Shown: positions 31,683 through 46,600, counted from the first letter of the stretch. The stretch is DNA of 64,000 nt from Vicugna vicugna (GCA_013265495.1 MU058824.1:2569111-2633110), one strand, 5' to 3'. Translations and numbers: made by a program. Notes: generated by a model from the letters alone, not told the origin.

Positions 31683-34600
31683 CTAGGGTAGAATCAAGAC
31701 AGGTAGACTCGAGAGGGGGCAGTTAGTCTCTGTCCTTCTCAGAGGCTGGAGGGAAAGCTGCCCAGAAGGTGTGAGGTGTGGACGAAGGAGCTGAACCAGG
31801 ACTCCTGGGGACATGAGGACAACTGGAGGGATGATCTGGGTATAAGTGCTGGGAGCAGCAACACAGCCCAGACTGATGCTGATGAGACATGACTAACTGG
31901 TGGGCCTTCCAGCAGAAGGCAGAGCAGAGTAATAGGGGTGGCAGGGGTGGGGGTAGCCAGTATAGAGACTTGAGTGGGCAGAAGTTGGTGGCTGGCAGAG
32001 TTTGTGACAAGCAATGGGGAAAACTAAGCAAAATTGCATACCATCTTGAAGGGCATCTGGCCTGCAGCCTGGGATGTGGGTGGAGTCTCAAACAAATGGC
32101 TGAATGAATGACTCAGCTAGCAAACTAGAGCTCATTTCCGGGAACAAGGAAGGAGCCCAGTTAGCAGGACAAGGACACCAGGCCTCAGGGGTCCTGTAGC
32201 CTGGCTGACTGGGGGCTAAGACTCCTGATTTCCTGGGTAGAAGGGCTCCTGGGGCATGGAGTGTGGAGGAAGGGGAGCAGGGAAGGAGGAACTGGGGGCA
32301 TCTCAGGGGTCCCAGGGAGGCCTCAGATACTTGTTTCCTGGTGTCCGACCCCAGTGTAGGTTCAAACAGGAGACTTACCTGCTGACTGATTTAGGTACCA
32401 GCATTTGATGGCCTGCTGCAGCCTCCTCTCCCTGTGGCCTGTGATCAGGATGTGACAAAAGCTGACGAGCACGGGGTTGGTGTGATAATGATCCACGTAG
32501 AGCATGCCAATCCATGCACGGAACCCTGAAATCCAGAGGGCAAGTCAAGCCATGCAGTACGTCCCAGGATGGCCCAGCTTATGCTTTTTCTGACAAAACT
32601 GCAGTGTTACTTTGTTCCCAAATAGTGCCTGGGTTTTTGCTGAGAATCTAGAAAGTGAAGCATAAAGAGCTGGAAGGGTCACACCCTACCATCCATTTTA
32701 TGGGCATTTGAAGGTCACAGGGTCTAGAAGCTTCTGTGGCTTATACGGAGAAGCCATCAGCCTCTATTGAATGAATGAGGCAATTAACCGACATGGGTCA
32801 GAAATAGAACAAAACCAATTTTTGCTCCACAGAAACAGCTTTGATTTTGGAGCATTTCAACAAAACAGACTATTTTCTTAACTAAGTAAGTGTCCAGCTA
32901 ATACCACCAGTAATTGTGAAAGATGTTCTTTCTTGAAATTTTCAGAGGCATGCGTTCATAAACTGCCTTCTAACTGTTCTAACAGAACTCTGCTATTTCT
33001 TACTGTCCCTCATTTTACCTCAAAGGCCTCTCAAACATGCAGGTATTTAGCAGCCTGAATTCCCTGTGGCCATGGCGCTGAATCTTTTTTTTTTTTCTTT
33101 TTTCTTTTTCTACTCATCTTTAAGATAGCCTTCTTGGGAAGATAAGCTCTAAGCATAAAAGAAGAGTATGATCGCCAGGCCTCTGGGACCCAGCGTCCAG
33201 GCAGCTTCTGCAAAGGCGCAAGCCCAGCGCTCCCCAGGTGCAGAGCCACGTACCCATGTCTGCTCCCTCATAGCCACTCTGCAGGATGGTCCTGTCGATG
33301 CGAGCAATCAGCCATGTGCCCAGGATGCAGCTGATGAGAAGTCTGGAGAGGCAGGCGCCCAGGCCCAGCAGCACGTTGTAGAAGAACAGAAAATAGTTGA
33401 AGTTGTGGAATGCTCTCCTGCAAATGGAAGCAGGTGGAGGGGCGGTACGTTTCAGTGAGAGAGAAGGTGGCTAGGCAGGTGGGCTCAGGGCCCCTGCTGA
33501 CCTGTGGTCGAGTCCTACACCTCCCATCTCCTAGCTGTGTAAACTCTTGCTGTGAGCAGGAGCTGACTGTCCCCACTTAACAGCTGGAGTATGGACTGGC
33601 TGAGAAATAGCATGGAGGGCACTGAGCCCAGTGCAGGCTGAATGTCAGGGGGCACTGCAAAGTTTCACAGGATCCTGTGGTTTTGAGGTTTCCTGTATGA
33701 TAAGAAACCTCATGTGTCTTGAATTTGTGTAAGCACATTTGACTGTCCTTTATGATTGGATTACTGCATTCTGTTGATTCTTATTTTGTGGTTGGCTTTA
33801 TTCCTTTGATAATTATGTAAGTTTAAAAAGCTAAAGCTCTAGAAGGGTGGGAAGGGACAGACTGGGATTTCAAAATGTAGAATAGATAAACAAGATTGTA
33901 CTGTGTAGCACAGGAAAATATATGCAGGATCTTGTGGTGGCTCACAGTGAAAGAGAATGTGACAATGAATATATGTATGTTCATGTATAACTGAAAAATT
34001 GTGCTTTACATTGGAATTTGACACAACATTGTAAAATGACTATAACTCAATAAAAAAAAGTTAAAAAAATAAAACGCTAAAGCTCTAAGCTGTTCTTAGA
34101 AACAAAGAACAATACATACATGTAAATTAAAAAAAAGAATATCCAGAATAGATAAACCCAAAGAGAAGAAAAATTGATGTTTTTCTGCCTAAACAAACTA
34201 GAACTATGTAAAATAGTTCATTTTAAACTGCTTCTTTCTTGTGTTCTTGAGTGTTAGTTTTTTGTATGTATGTAGCAAATTTCAGATAATATTAATTAAG
34301 TTTAAAATAAATTCTTACTTCATTTTTCAAAAAAAAAAAAAAGAAAGAAAAGAAACCTCATGTGGCTACAGCTGGGTTCGAGGTTACAGCAGAAGTGTGG
34401 CTTCCCCACTGCCTGTTGCACAGTGACCTGCCCCCAGTTAGAACTACTCCAAGTCCTGCAGGTGAAATTTCCCAAATGACCACCTGATCACGTGGTCCTC
34501 CACTGGCGATAGGATAAAGCCCAAACTCTGCATACTGAATTTCTGGGCCCTCTGTAACAGGCCTTTCTGGCACTGTCACACTGTGTCCCCTCCCCATCCC

Positions 34601-37600
34601 TCACCATCTAAGGCCACTGCATGCTACTGTATTGGATTTTCACTCTTCTCCCAGCATTACCTGAGAAATAGCATGGAGGGCACTGAGCCCTTTCATGACT
34701 TCCTCCCTGCATCTGTGCAGCAGGAGCTGCAGCCATGCTGTTTCCTCACTGCTGCTTGTAGGAATCCTACCATCCTGCCGACCTCAGCTCGGACAGCCCC
34801 CCTGCAGCTGAATGAACACTCTTCCTCTCCCCTACCCCTGCCTCTCCTTCCTTACTCAAGTTTCTCTGGTAATGCTTTCATACCTGCTGGACTCTATGGG
34901 CCCTATATGTCCGTCAGCCCCTGAGGACCAGACGGTGTGGGGCACCTCTTTACCCTCAGCACCTGTGTTGTCTCCTCCATCAGTGAATGTCCTTCAATGA
35001 CTGAACTAGAAAGGATGACCATGGGCCAGGTATGACTGTTCTAAGTTCATATCCTAATACCTTTCCTCTCAGAACACTTCTCTGAGGTATGTACACTTAT
35101 TTGTAAAATGAGAAAGCAGAGGTTCATAGACGTTGAGTGAGGTCACACGAGGTCACACAGTTCATAAGGGGAGGAGCCAGGACGTAGTCCCAGGCAGTTT
35201 GGCCCCAGAGCTCAGTCCTGAACCACTGCCCCTCATGTCTCAGAAAGTGCAGAGTCCACCCAGGAACCTGTCAAAGGTGAAGAGGAAGGAAAGAGACGGC
35301 TTGAGGCCGAAGCCCTGCAGTGCCCCACTCCCTTCTGTGCCCTCACCTATTGTTGAGAGCCAGGGGCTTCTGCTTGTCAGCTGTTCCCATCTTTGGCTGC
35401 AAGAAGAATTTGGCGGCAATCCACACCTGCAGGATCATGAGACCCAAGACGATGGATATGGTGAGGCTGAAACACAGAGTGAGATCATCCTGAGGTGGCC
35501 TTGTCCACTCTTCCCAAGCCTTCTTGAATGCCCAGTGACAGAGAGGAGACAGATGCTGACTGCCCTCTGGACAACAGTAGCATGAGCTCTTCCCTTTGTG
35601 CCTACAGAGCATGTTCATGCCCACTGTGCAGATGAGAAAACTGAGGCTCAGAAAGGGGAGATGACTTTCTCAAAGCTGCATTGTCAGGTCTTCTGGCTCC
35701 AGACCAGAACTCCAGTGTTTAATTATGTCCTTTTGCTGAGAGGTGGCAGCTGGGATGAGTGGTTTAACGGCATGGGAATCAAAGAAAGGAACGGGGTTTT
35801 TAGAAGAGCTCATGAAGGCCACGGGAAACCGGATAGGGCAGGTGCTGCCCCTAGACTCATGGGAGGCTCTAGGTGAGTTTGGAACCAAGGAGCTCAGAGC
35901 AGGGAGGTCCCCAGAGAGCACCACATCCTGTGTCTGCGTCTCCTATCGGGGTTGTGGTGAAATGAGGCTTTGGTTTCAGATGGCCCAGCTCCCAATCCTG
36001 CCTCCTCTCCTCCTTGGACAAATTGCTCAGCCTTTCTGTGCCTCTGTTTCCTCATCTGAAAAAAAGGAGCTAAGATAAGTCTCAACCTCGGAGGGTCCTT
36101 ACGAGAAAATATGCATAGTGAATTCTCGACAGTGTTAGCATTCACTTTTACTTTCCATATGGCTAAACTGAGGCTCAGAGAGGCAACTCACAAGTCACAC
36201 AGCTGATCTAAAACCTAAGCTCAGATTCCCTCTCTCCTTCCACTGTACTGTCCTTCCTCTCCGCCTCCCTGAACCTCAGTCTTCCCAGCTATTAATGGAC
36301 ATCCATGTATCTCCCACAGACACAATCGTGAGGACACCATTGAACAGTGAGAGCGGAAACATTCTGTAAACTGTAAGGTTCCCAGCAGAGTGAGTTGCTA
36401 TTTTGGCCCATCCTTGGGCCAGCGCTGAGAGCATGGGTCCTGGGATTGGTGAGAGCCCAGCAAGGGAGGGGCATCTCAAACAGCGGCTGCGAGGGCCTAC
36501 CATCTCCCAGGCCCCAGGCACTGACAGGAAGCCCGCCTACAACTCACGTCCCGATGCCCAGTCCTCGGAGCATCTTCAGGGCCTGATTGTGGATGACAGG
36601 CAGCACCAGGCTGTACATGATCACCAAGCCACACAGGCTCTGCATCACGTGGATGATGAGGTAGCCTGTGGGCCAAGGGAGCCAGTGGTCACACATGTCC
36701 ATCCCTGCCATCCCGCCTCTAGCCTCCTCCGACCGAAGGTCCCGGCGCTTTTGCTTATGCTGTTTCTTCTGGCATGGCTGCTGACCTTCGGCTCACCCTG
36801 CCAGGTGCAGTTCAAATGCCAGCTCCTGTCTTCACTCCCTGTCCTGGGTCTGGACAGTCACCTTCTCCTCTGGGTCAACACCACCCTTAGCACATTAGCC
36901 CCATGGGCCCAGGACAGATGGTGACGAGGACCTACAGGAGCTGTGTTTCTTGCTCCTTCCCAGAGGGCCCTAGAGGAAGAGCTGGGGCTGCTTCTGCCCC
37001 GCCCGGCTTCTCCCTACCCACAGCCAGCTCTCCCCGGCTCTCCGCAGCGCCCAGGGAACCTGTGCTGAACTGAGTGGTGACACTCACCCCACAGAATATA
37101 GGCTATCTGCCAGCCAGAGTACCGCGCAATGGCCACCTGAGATTTAAAAAGAAAAAAGGGTCACAGAGGGGAGAAACCCTGATTACCTCTAATGCACGAG
37201 TCCAGCCTCCGTGTCTCATTTGAGGGTCACCCACCAACCCATGAAGGCAGGCGTCATGATTGTCCCCATTTTACAGATGAGAAAATCGAGGACTGAATAG
37301 GGACAGTGTTGATCCTGAGTCACTTAGCAGCAGAACATACTAGAGCTGGGGACTCTGGACTCCTAGCCCAGGGCCCTTCCTCCCCCAGCACACTGCCCCT
37401 GTTTGAGGCGTAGGACAGCAGGCTTTGGCCTCGGAGCAGGGAGAGAGAGGCCTCTGCAGACTTACCACACTCTCCGACGAGGACGGATTATGGAATTTCA
37501 AAGGGAGAAAGTGTTTATCTCCTGCCCACAACCTCTTTATATGCTTTCTAGAGAAGAAGAGGGAGATCAGTAACACTCATGACCAGAGTCATAAGAAGAT

Positions 37601-40600
37601 GTATACAGAGAGGCCCGTGGAGGGAGATGGCTCAGTCCCCGTACTGGTCACAGCTTATGGCATGGGGCTAACTAGCCTTAAAAATACTTTAACACTTTTT
37701 AAAAAATTGAGATGTAATTGACATACAACATGATTATTATTTCAGGCATACAATATAATAATTTGATATTTGTATATATTGTGAAATGATCACAATAAGT
37801 CTTGTTAACATCTATCACCTCAGTTATAAACATTTTTTTTCTTGTGATGAGAACTTTTAATCTATTCTCTTAGAACTGTAAAATATACAACACACCATTT
37901 TTTAACAACAGTCACCATGCTGTACATTATAGCCCCAGGACCCCCATGACTTATTTTATAACTGAAAGTTTGTACATTTTGACCCCTTCGCCCATGTCAT
38001 CCAGCCCATGCCTCTGGCTACCATCAATCTGTTCTTTGTATCTATGGGTTTTGTTTTTGTTTTGTTTTCTGTTGTTTAGATTCCACATATGAATGAAATC
38101 ATGCAGTATTTGTCCTTCTCCATCTGACATTTCACTTAGCATAACACCTTTAAGTCCGGTCCATGTCTTCACAAATGACAAGACTTAGTTCTTTTCTATG
38201 GCTGAATGGTATTCCTTTTTACACACACACACACATATCATCTTTATCCATTCATCCATCCATGGACACTTAGGTTGCTTCCATAGCTTGGCTATTGTGA
38301 ATAATGCTGTAAAGAACACTGAGGTGCATATATTTTCTGAATTAGTGTTTTCGTTTTCTTTGGATAAATGCCCAGAAGTGGAATTGCTGGATCATACGGT
38401 AAGTTCTATTTTTAATTTTTTGAGGAGCCTCTACACCAATTTTCCACAGTGGCTGCACCAATTTACATTCCCACCAACAGTGTATGAGGGTTCCTTTTTC
38501 TCCACATCCTCGCCCACACTTATTTCCTGTCTTTTTGATGATGGCCATTCTGACAGATGTGAGGTGATATCTCACTGTGGCTTTGATTAGCATTTCCCTG
38601 AAGATTTAAAAATCAAATCTAATATATTTTGTAAAAATAACATATAGCTACCTAATCACAATGGTGACTAAATGTGATAATTGAGACTGTGTATGTAGCT
38701 TTTATCTTCTTTAATTTGTTCTATTGTCTTATTTTTTCTACAATGAGTATCTATTGTTTCATGTAATAATATTATAAAACAGGTAAAAACAGAAAACCAC
38801 TTTTAATGACAGTGCCTACCTTGTAACAACGTAAAGGGAAATGAAAAAGGGGCCATGACCCCTCACAATCCTGGCACCCCAGGGAATCACTGCATGCTTT
38901 TCCACATGCCCGTCTTGGCCTGGCCCTTTGCCTACAGATTAGGTTGGCATAGTTTCGTTCACAGTCCACATTCACATCTGTGTCCTACTTTTTCCTTAAC
39001 ATCCTACCTATAGCAATTTCCAGGTTGTTTTGCATTTCACGAACACTGAATTGCGAAAACTTAGTATGAAGTCAAGAATGTGAATATCTCATTGTTAGTT
39101 TGTATAGTTATTTCATGATGAAATGATGGTATTTCTATTATGTTGGGTTAAACAAAATATATTATTAAATGATTTTCACTTCCCCCTTAGTTTTTTAGTA
39201 GTGGCTATTAGAAAATACAAAATTGCATTTGTGGTTTTCATCGTGCTTCTGTTTGGCAGCACCAGAGTAGAGAGTGCTACGAGGAATACAAACAGACAGA
39301 CACATTTGCATGGTGCAGGGAAAATTTCTGGAAGGAGGCACAGAAACTGAACAATAATGTTTAGCTCCTGGCTTAGGGTCTGAATGGGAGGAAGACTTAC
39401 TTTACACTAAACATGTTTTTACCTTTTTTTTTTTTAAAGAAGAGCTTGCGTATAGTTTGAAATAATTCTAAGAAAAATAACAACACTGGCACAGTGCTGG
39501 TGCTGTCCAGTTTGCAGGGTGCTTCCTCATCCACTATTTCCTCTGCCCCATGGTCCTGTAAAGGAGCAGGGCAGGGATCATCACTCCTGGGTGACAGGTG
39601 TAATAGGGAAGGGCCATCCTGGACAGAAATGAGGCCAGTCCACCACAGATGCCCTCTCACCCCTGTGCCCTCAGCTGTCCTCCACCCACATCCATGCAGC
39701 CAGCTCTGCGTCACCGCAGGTCAAATGCCTCAGTGAGAATCTCCCAGCCGCTTGTAGGCTAATGAAGGAAGGAGCAGACAAATCCCTCCATCAGGTGGGG
39801 ACGGGGGAGGCAGCTGTGTCTAGTCCACCCACAGAGTCCAGGGAGAAGAAAGCAGAGAGAGGGAGCAAGGCAGGGCTGGGATGGGATGGAGAGCTGGGCC
39901 CTCTTTGTGCCAGGAGAGTCTTCTCATGGATGCCATCTGCAGGAGACCTACCCTTTCGGCAGTCAGAAGGGGAGGATGTAAAGGCAGGGTTAGGATCTGG
40001 AGGGGTGGGAACCAACCATGGGCTTCCCATGAGTGAGAATTAGAGACTGAGACAGAGAGACAGGCAGAGACAATAGCAGAGAGATGGAGAGAAAAGGGAG
40101 GAACGGATACCGAAAATTCAACTTCTATCTGCATGCAAATGTGGGCTACATACTGAAGCCCATCCCCTCCTCCCGCACTGCTGCTCTAGAGACTGACGCA
40201 CCCGGTTCCCTTGACCCAATCTCCTGTGATGTCCCCTGGAGCCAGATTCACCTGCTGGGAGCCTGGTGTGATTAGTCCTGGAGAGCAAGGCGGGTGTGAC
40301 ACCCAAAGAGACGCTGAAGTGTATGAGAAATGACAAGGTCAGAAGGGGTCAGACGATATAATCAGCTGCTAATAGCTTGGGTAAAGTGATTTTGTTGAGT
40401 CTCGCCTCTTTAGCAGTAAACATGGAGACAAAAGTACCCCTTAGGGTTGCGATGAAAACCAAAAGAAGGTTCTAATCACAATGTCAAGCTTACAGTGGAA
40501 GCGCAAATCAATAGTTTTTTGTTGTCTGTTTTTGTTTTTTACTACTAATTTAATGTGGTTGTCCCTGGACCCTGTATATACTGCTGTTCCCAGTTTGGGC

Positions 40601-43600
40601 TCTGAGAGCACTGCTTGGGAATTCCGAGAAAAGACTGTCAGCTGCTTTCCTGGCTGAAGACACACAAATGACTCCCAGAACCCCCTTACCTGTAACATGC
40701 CAAGATGTGAAACAGATAGCTCACACACGTGAGAGAGGCGGGCAAAATGGTCACCATCCAGACTCCTGGAACAGAAAAGGTGATTCGAGAAGCTTCAAAA
40801 GATGCACCAGAAACTATTTTTAAAATGCAGAAACTCACAACAGAAAGGTCTGGACAAAGTCGATTGTACTTCCTTTAACACAACTTTTGTGTAAGTAAAG
40901 TTTTGCTTATATGGCTCTTTCATTTTAGTCACACACCCTTCATATCCTTTATTTCCTGCATATTTATAATTTTGTCCTTTGGTATTAGTATTTTCAATCC
41001 ACAGAAGGTAATAGAGAAAGAAAATTACAGAGTGTACACATTGTAGGGAGCCTCCATCCTTGTAAAACAGCATTAATACTTGAACTTCTAATCACCCCTT
41101 CTGGGGTGGGGGTTACCCGTCTCCAGTAAAGAGCCACCATGTGCCAGAGTAACTGGAATCAGAGGTCTCAACTATTCATTTGTCCATCTTTCAGTATGTT
41201 TTTAACATCTCGTATCTAATTTGCTTTCCAAGTGATTCTGTGTGCTCGTGAGAGAGGGATGGAAAAAGAGGGAAGGAAGTAAAAGCTTTTGTAAGAGCTG
41301 ATTCTCAACAGGTGCAGAAAAAGCATTTGAGAGAATCCAACACCTTGTTATAATTAAAAACACTCCATAAAATAGAAATAGAAAGGAACTTCCTCAATCT
41401 GAGAAAAAGCATCTGAAAAACCCCATAGCTCACATCATACTTAATTGGTGAAAAACTGACTGCTTCCCCCTAAGTTCAAGAACAAGAAAATCAATGTCTG
41501 CTCTTGCCAATTCTATCCAACATTGTACTGGAGGGTCTAGCCAGGCAATTAGGCAGGAAAAATGTACCCAGACTGCAAAGGAAGAAATAAAACTATCTCT
41601 ATTCACCAATGACATGGTCTTATGTATAGAAAATCCTAGGGAATAAACAAATAAACAAACAAACAAAAATAAAAATAATTAATAAACAAGTTCAGCAAGG
41701 TTGCAAGGCACAAGACCAATATATAAAAATCAACTGTATTTCTGTACACTAGGAATGAGTAATCTGAAAACGAAGTAAGAAACAATTGCATCTGCAATAG
41801 TATCACAAAGAGTAAAATACTTACAGACAAATTTAGTAGAAGTATACAACTTGTACACTGAAAACTATAAGATTGTTGAAAGAAATAAGAAGACCTAAAT
41901 TAATGGAAAAAAACACACCACTTTCATGTATTGGATGTTCTTTGTGAACATGGCAATATTCCTTAAATAGATCTACAGATTCTACCCAACTTCTATCAAA
42001 ATTCCAATGCAATTTTTGCATAAATTCACAAGTTAATCCTAAAATTCATATAAAAGTGAAGGGACCCAGAACAGGCTATACCATCTTGAAAAAGAAGAAC
42101 AAAATTGCAGGACTTAACATTTCTTGATTTCAATCTTACTGTAAAGCTATAGTAATGAAGACAGAATGGTACTGCCATAAAGACAGACAAATAGATCAAT
42201 GGAATAAATTGAGAATCCAGAAGTAAACTCTCATTGTTCATGTATTTTCAACAAGAATAACAAGCCAATTAAAGGGGAAGGAATCTGCCTTTCAACAAAT
42301 GGTACTGGGGGGGGCTGATATTCACATGTAAAACAATGAAGTTTGACCCTTACCTCACACCATATACAAAAAATTAACTCAAAATGGATCATAGGCTTAA
42401 ATGTAAATCATAAAATGATAAAAAAAAAGTGTCAGAAGAAAATATGAGAGTACATTTTTGTGACCTTGGGTTAGGCAGTGGTTCCTTAGCTATGCACAAG
42501 TGATAACAGGAAAAAAAGATATGTTAGACTTCATTAGAAATAAAAATATTTGTATTTCAAAGGATGTCATCAAAAAAGTGAAAAGGCAACCCACAGAATG
42601 GAAGACATATTTGTAAATTATATCTCTTATAAGGGATTAGTATATAAAATATATGAAGAACTCTCACAGCTCAATAATAAACAAATAACCCAATTTAAAA
42701 ATGGACAAAGAATTTCAATAGACATTACTCAAAGAAGATGTAAAAATGGTCAATAAGTACATGAAAAGATGCTCAACATCATTAGCCATCAGGAAAATGA
42801 AAATCAAAACCACAATGAGACACTACTTCACAGTTACTAGATAGCTGCAATAGAAAAGGCAGATACTAACAAATGTGGGTGAAGATATGGAGAAACTGGA
42901 CCCCTCATACGTTGCTGATGGGAATACACAGTGATGCAGCTACCTTCGAAAATAGTCTGGCAAATCCTCCCAAAAGTTAAACATAGGTACCATATGATCC
43001 AGAATTCCACTCCTAGGTATATACTCAAGATATATAAAAATATATGAAAAACTTATAGATGTCTGTTCATAGCAGTATTATTCATATTAATCCAAAGTTG
43101 AAACATCCCAAAGTTGCATCAACAGATAAATGGATAAATACAACGTAGTATATTCCTATTACAAAATAAAATTCAGCAATAAAAAATAATGAAGTTCAGA
43201 GACATGCTATAACATAATTAACCTTATAAACATCTTGCTATGTGAAAGAAGTCAATCAAAAAATACCACATATTGTCTGATTCCATTTATATAAAATGTC
43301 CAGAATAGGCAAATCCATAGAGCCAGAAAATTGTGGGTATCTAGGGCTGGGAGAGTTGAGAAACGGGCAGTGACTGAAAATGGTCAAGATTTCTTTTTAG
43401 GGTGATGAAAATGTTCTAGATTTGATTGTGATGATAGTTGCACCACTAGAGAATATATTAAAAACCCATTGAACTATACACTTTAAAAGGGTGAATTGTA
43501 TGGTATGTGAGTAACACCTTCATTAAGGTGTTTTTGGAGGAAGGGAAAAGAAAGCTGATTTCCATTCCTTTCAAGTTTTAAATATGTCTTTATCCCAGGA

Positions 43601-46600
43601 TCAACAGGACTAGGCAATTGCTATATCCCAAACCTCCACCAGCACAAAGGATGCAGGTAAAGCGCCGTAAGTCTCACCCCTGGGGATGCCAGGGAGACAT
43701 CCTTGGGAGGAAAGGACGGGAGGAATCTGGCCACAAGAGTGAGTGCAGACTTGCTGGGGCCAGCAGCAAGAACCCAACTGCACACCTTTAATTTAATGCC
43801 TTTATCATCCCAAAGGTGAAGCATGTTCAGCCTGAGAGTCTCTCTCGGCAAGAGGGTAGCTTTTGAAAACTAGAAGAGATGGAAACAAAGTGAAAATGTT
43901 ATGTTTTGATTCTTAAAGTGTCTAAACATGTGAGAAATACAACAAAGAGGAGATAAAACATGGGTGGATATGGTAATAGTCACTACAATCCCCCTAGACC
44001 AAGTAACTGAGGTTGCCCAGAAGAGGAGTAGAAATGTGAATTCTCAAAAGTATGACTTAAAATGAGGATTACTAAATTAAATACTAGAATATGCTCACTG
44101 CGTATCATAGTAAGGGACTCATCAGGCTGAACATAAATCTACAGTAAAGATGAATAAAAACATTCAAGGGCAACAATAAAGTATGGCAATACAGAAGAAG
44201 CAGTATTCGCCTTAGTGTTTGCCCCAAAGGTAACCTTCCATGCCACGTACTCGTAAGAGACTCTTCGTCAAATAATTCATGGTAGATCTATTCCCCTCTG
44301 GCTTTGATATTTTACTTGCTTGTGAGTCTTAAGTGAAAAATGTTATCTGCATCACCTGTTTCATGGCTTAAAAAGCATCTGGTAATTTATAGCCATCAAA
44401 GGGCAGAGCTACAAAGGCTTTTAGAAACCATTCGGTACCCTTATCCAAGCCCCATTTTAATGGTGAGAAAACTGAGGCATAGAGAAGGGACCTAACTCGT
44501 CCAATGACAGAGTTTATCCTACCGTCTTGTGCAGGCCCTTTCTCCACAGGGAATAGTGGAGAACTTTCCTCCCTTCGTAGACAAAGAACATGTAATTGGA
44601 ATATATCATTTTCAAAGAAAGCTGCTATTTTAAGGTAAAGCGACTGCTACAGACAGAATGTGTGCATCCCTCTGGCCCTCTGTCCAGCCCACCAGAAAAT
44701 TCAGGTATTAAAACCCTAATCCCTAATGTGACGATATTTAGTGGTGGAGGCTTTGGGAGGTAATTAGATGAGGAGGGTGGAGCCCTCACAATGGGGTTAG
44801 TGCCCTGAAGAGAAGAGACAGGAGAGAGCCTGCATCCCCTCCCTGTTCTCCAGCACTCCGAGGATACAAAGAGAAGGTGACCACCTGCAAGTCAGGAAGC
44901 AGGCCCTCCCCAGATACCAGATCTGCCAGCATCTTCAACTTCCCAGCTTCCAGAACTGTGAGAAGTAAATGTTTGCTGTTCACACCACACGGTCTATGTA
45001 ATTTGTTATAGCAGCCTGAACTAAGCAGAAATTAAATTTGAATGATGTAAATAAACTTTTCATATAATCACAAAAAGTCAAGACTTACTGTTTTATCTTT
45101 TATAAAGTAAAAGATATGATAACCTTAGTTGTTTCCACTGGCTTTAAGCAAAACAGGCTATTTAAGATGAGAAAGCTCTCTCAAGGCATGTTTGATTAAG
45201 CCCCAAAGAGGTTTTAACAAAACAGCCTGTGTTCTAATCCCTTTTTCTTTCCAATCAACCCAGGGAGGCATAGAACAATTGTAATGCAGGTCACACCAAG
45301 ACTGGCAGCAATGATTACTATAGGTGTGCACATGCCATCAGTCACAAGTCCCTCTCTGTTTCCCACACAGGTGCAGGAACAAAGGTGGCAGGCTGGTTTT
45401 ACCTTTGGTGACGCTAATCAGCTCTTTCACTTGCAGAAGAACTGGGGTCAGGGTCCCCGTCTGGTTCATGGAGGCAACGTAGTTCTCCAATTCACCTTCA
45501 AACACGTCCAGCTCATCTCTCACACACACAAATATGCAGAACTCAATGACAATGAACTGGGGACACAGAGAAAATGTTTCAAGGTCTCACCGGAGTCTAG
45601 CTCAGTATATGAATAACATATGGGTTTCTCTTTGATTTCAAGGTCAAAACTCTTTGCAGCTCAAAACTCATCTGAAATAGACTCTGGACACTTGCTATCC
45701 TGGGATGAATGGGATTGTGACTTCTTTGGAGACAGGAGTCACCCTAAAATCTGTCCTTCACATAACAGCATACAAGACAAGTCCCCACAAGTGCTCAAGG
45801 AACTCTTCAAACAGTAACTAAATCCGAGTGAAATGTATGCCTAACTTTGAATGAGGGGTGACCTTGGGGACAATTCCAGCCGCATTTCTCACTGTTGCCC
45901 TTCTTGCATCTTGGCAATGACCAAACTGGAGAAGGTCCTGGTCTCTGTATGCATGTCATGCTTGCTCCCCTCCTCTCCCCCCATCATCCTGCCATCGTGC
46001 CACCATCATCGCGCCATAGCGTCTAGAGTTCCTGAGGCCATTTTACTACATCAACCAAACCTTGCTAATCTCTGAAGTGGAGCTCAAATACACCCATCTT
46101 CAGGTATCTTCTTGATCCAGAGTAATTCACTAAATTTCCAGAGCACCGTTACCTTTCCTTTTCTCTCTTTAGACAGCAGTTCTTCATATCAAATCTTATC
46201 TCTTAGACCCTGGGCTACTTCTAGGGCAAGACTCTGCTGACTCAGTTCTCTCTTCTCTTCCAGGTCTTAGCAAAGTTCTTGGCATAGAGTAGACAACCAA
46301 TAATGATTTAAGAAACACAGTAATGCCAGTTGAGTTACTCACTGCTGCAGAGAACTCTAGTTAGTTGTCCATTAAAATCCATTCTCTCTTCTTTGGGCAC
46401 AAGGCTGGACTACACTTTCCAGCCTCCTCTGAGTTAGATGTGGCCACATGACAACATTCTTGCCAATGGGAAGAGTGGAAGGAATGTGTTCTGGGTCCAC
46501 ATGGCCTTTGAAAACCTCCCACGTGCATTTCTCCACAAGCTTTCCCCTTCTGCTGACTGAATGCAGGTGGTGAGGGTTCTCAGGGATGATGAAGGCACAG

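Noticed and set aside
33085..33112. Poly(T) tract as the tail of another minus-strand retro-insert
   Set aside because: I could not find a target-site duplication or a recognisable element body.
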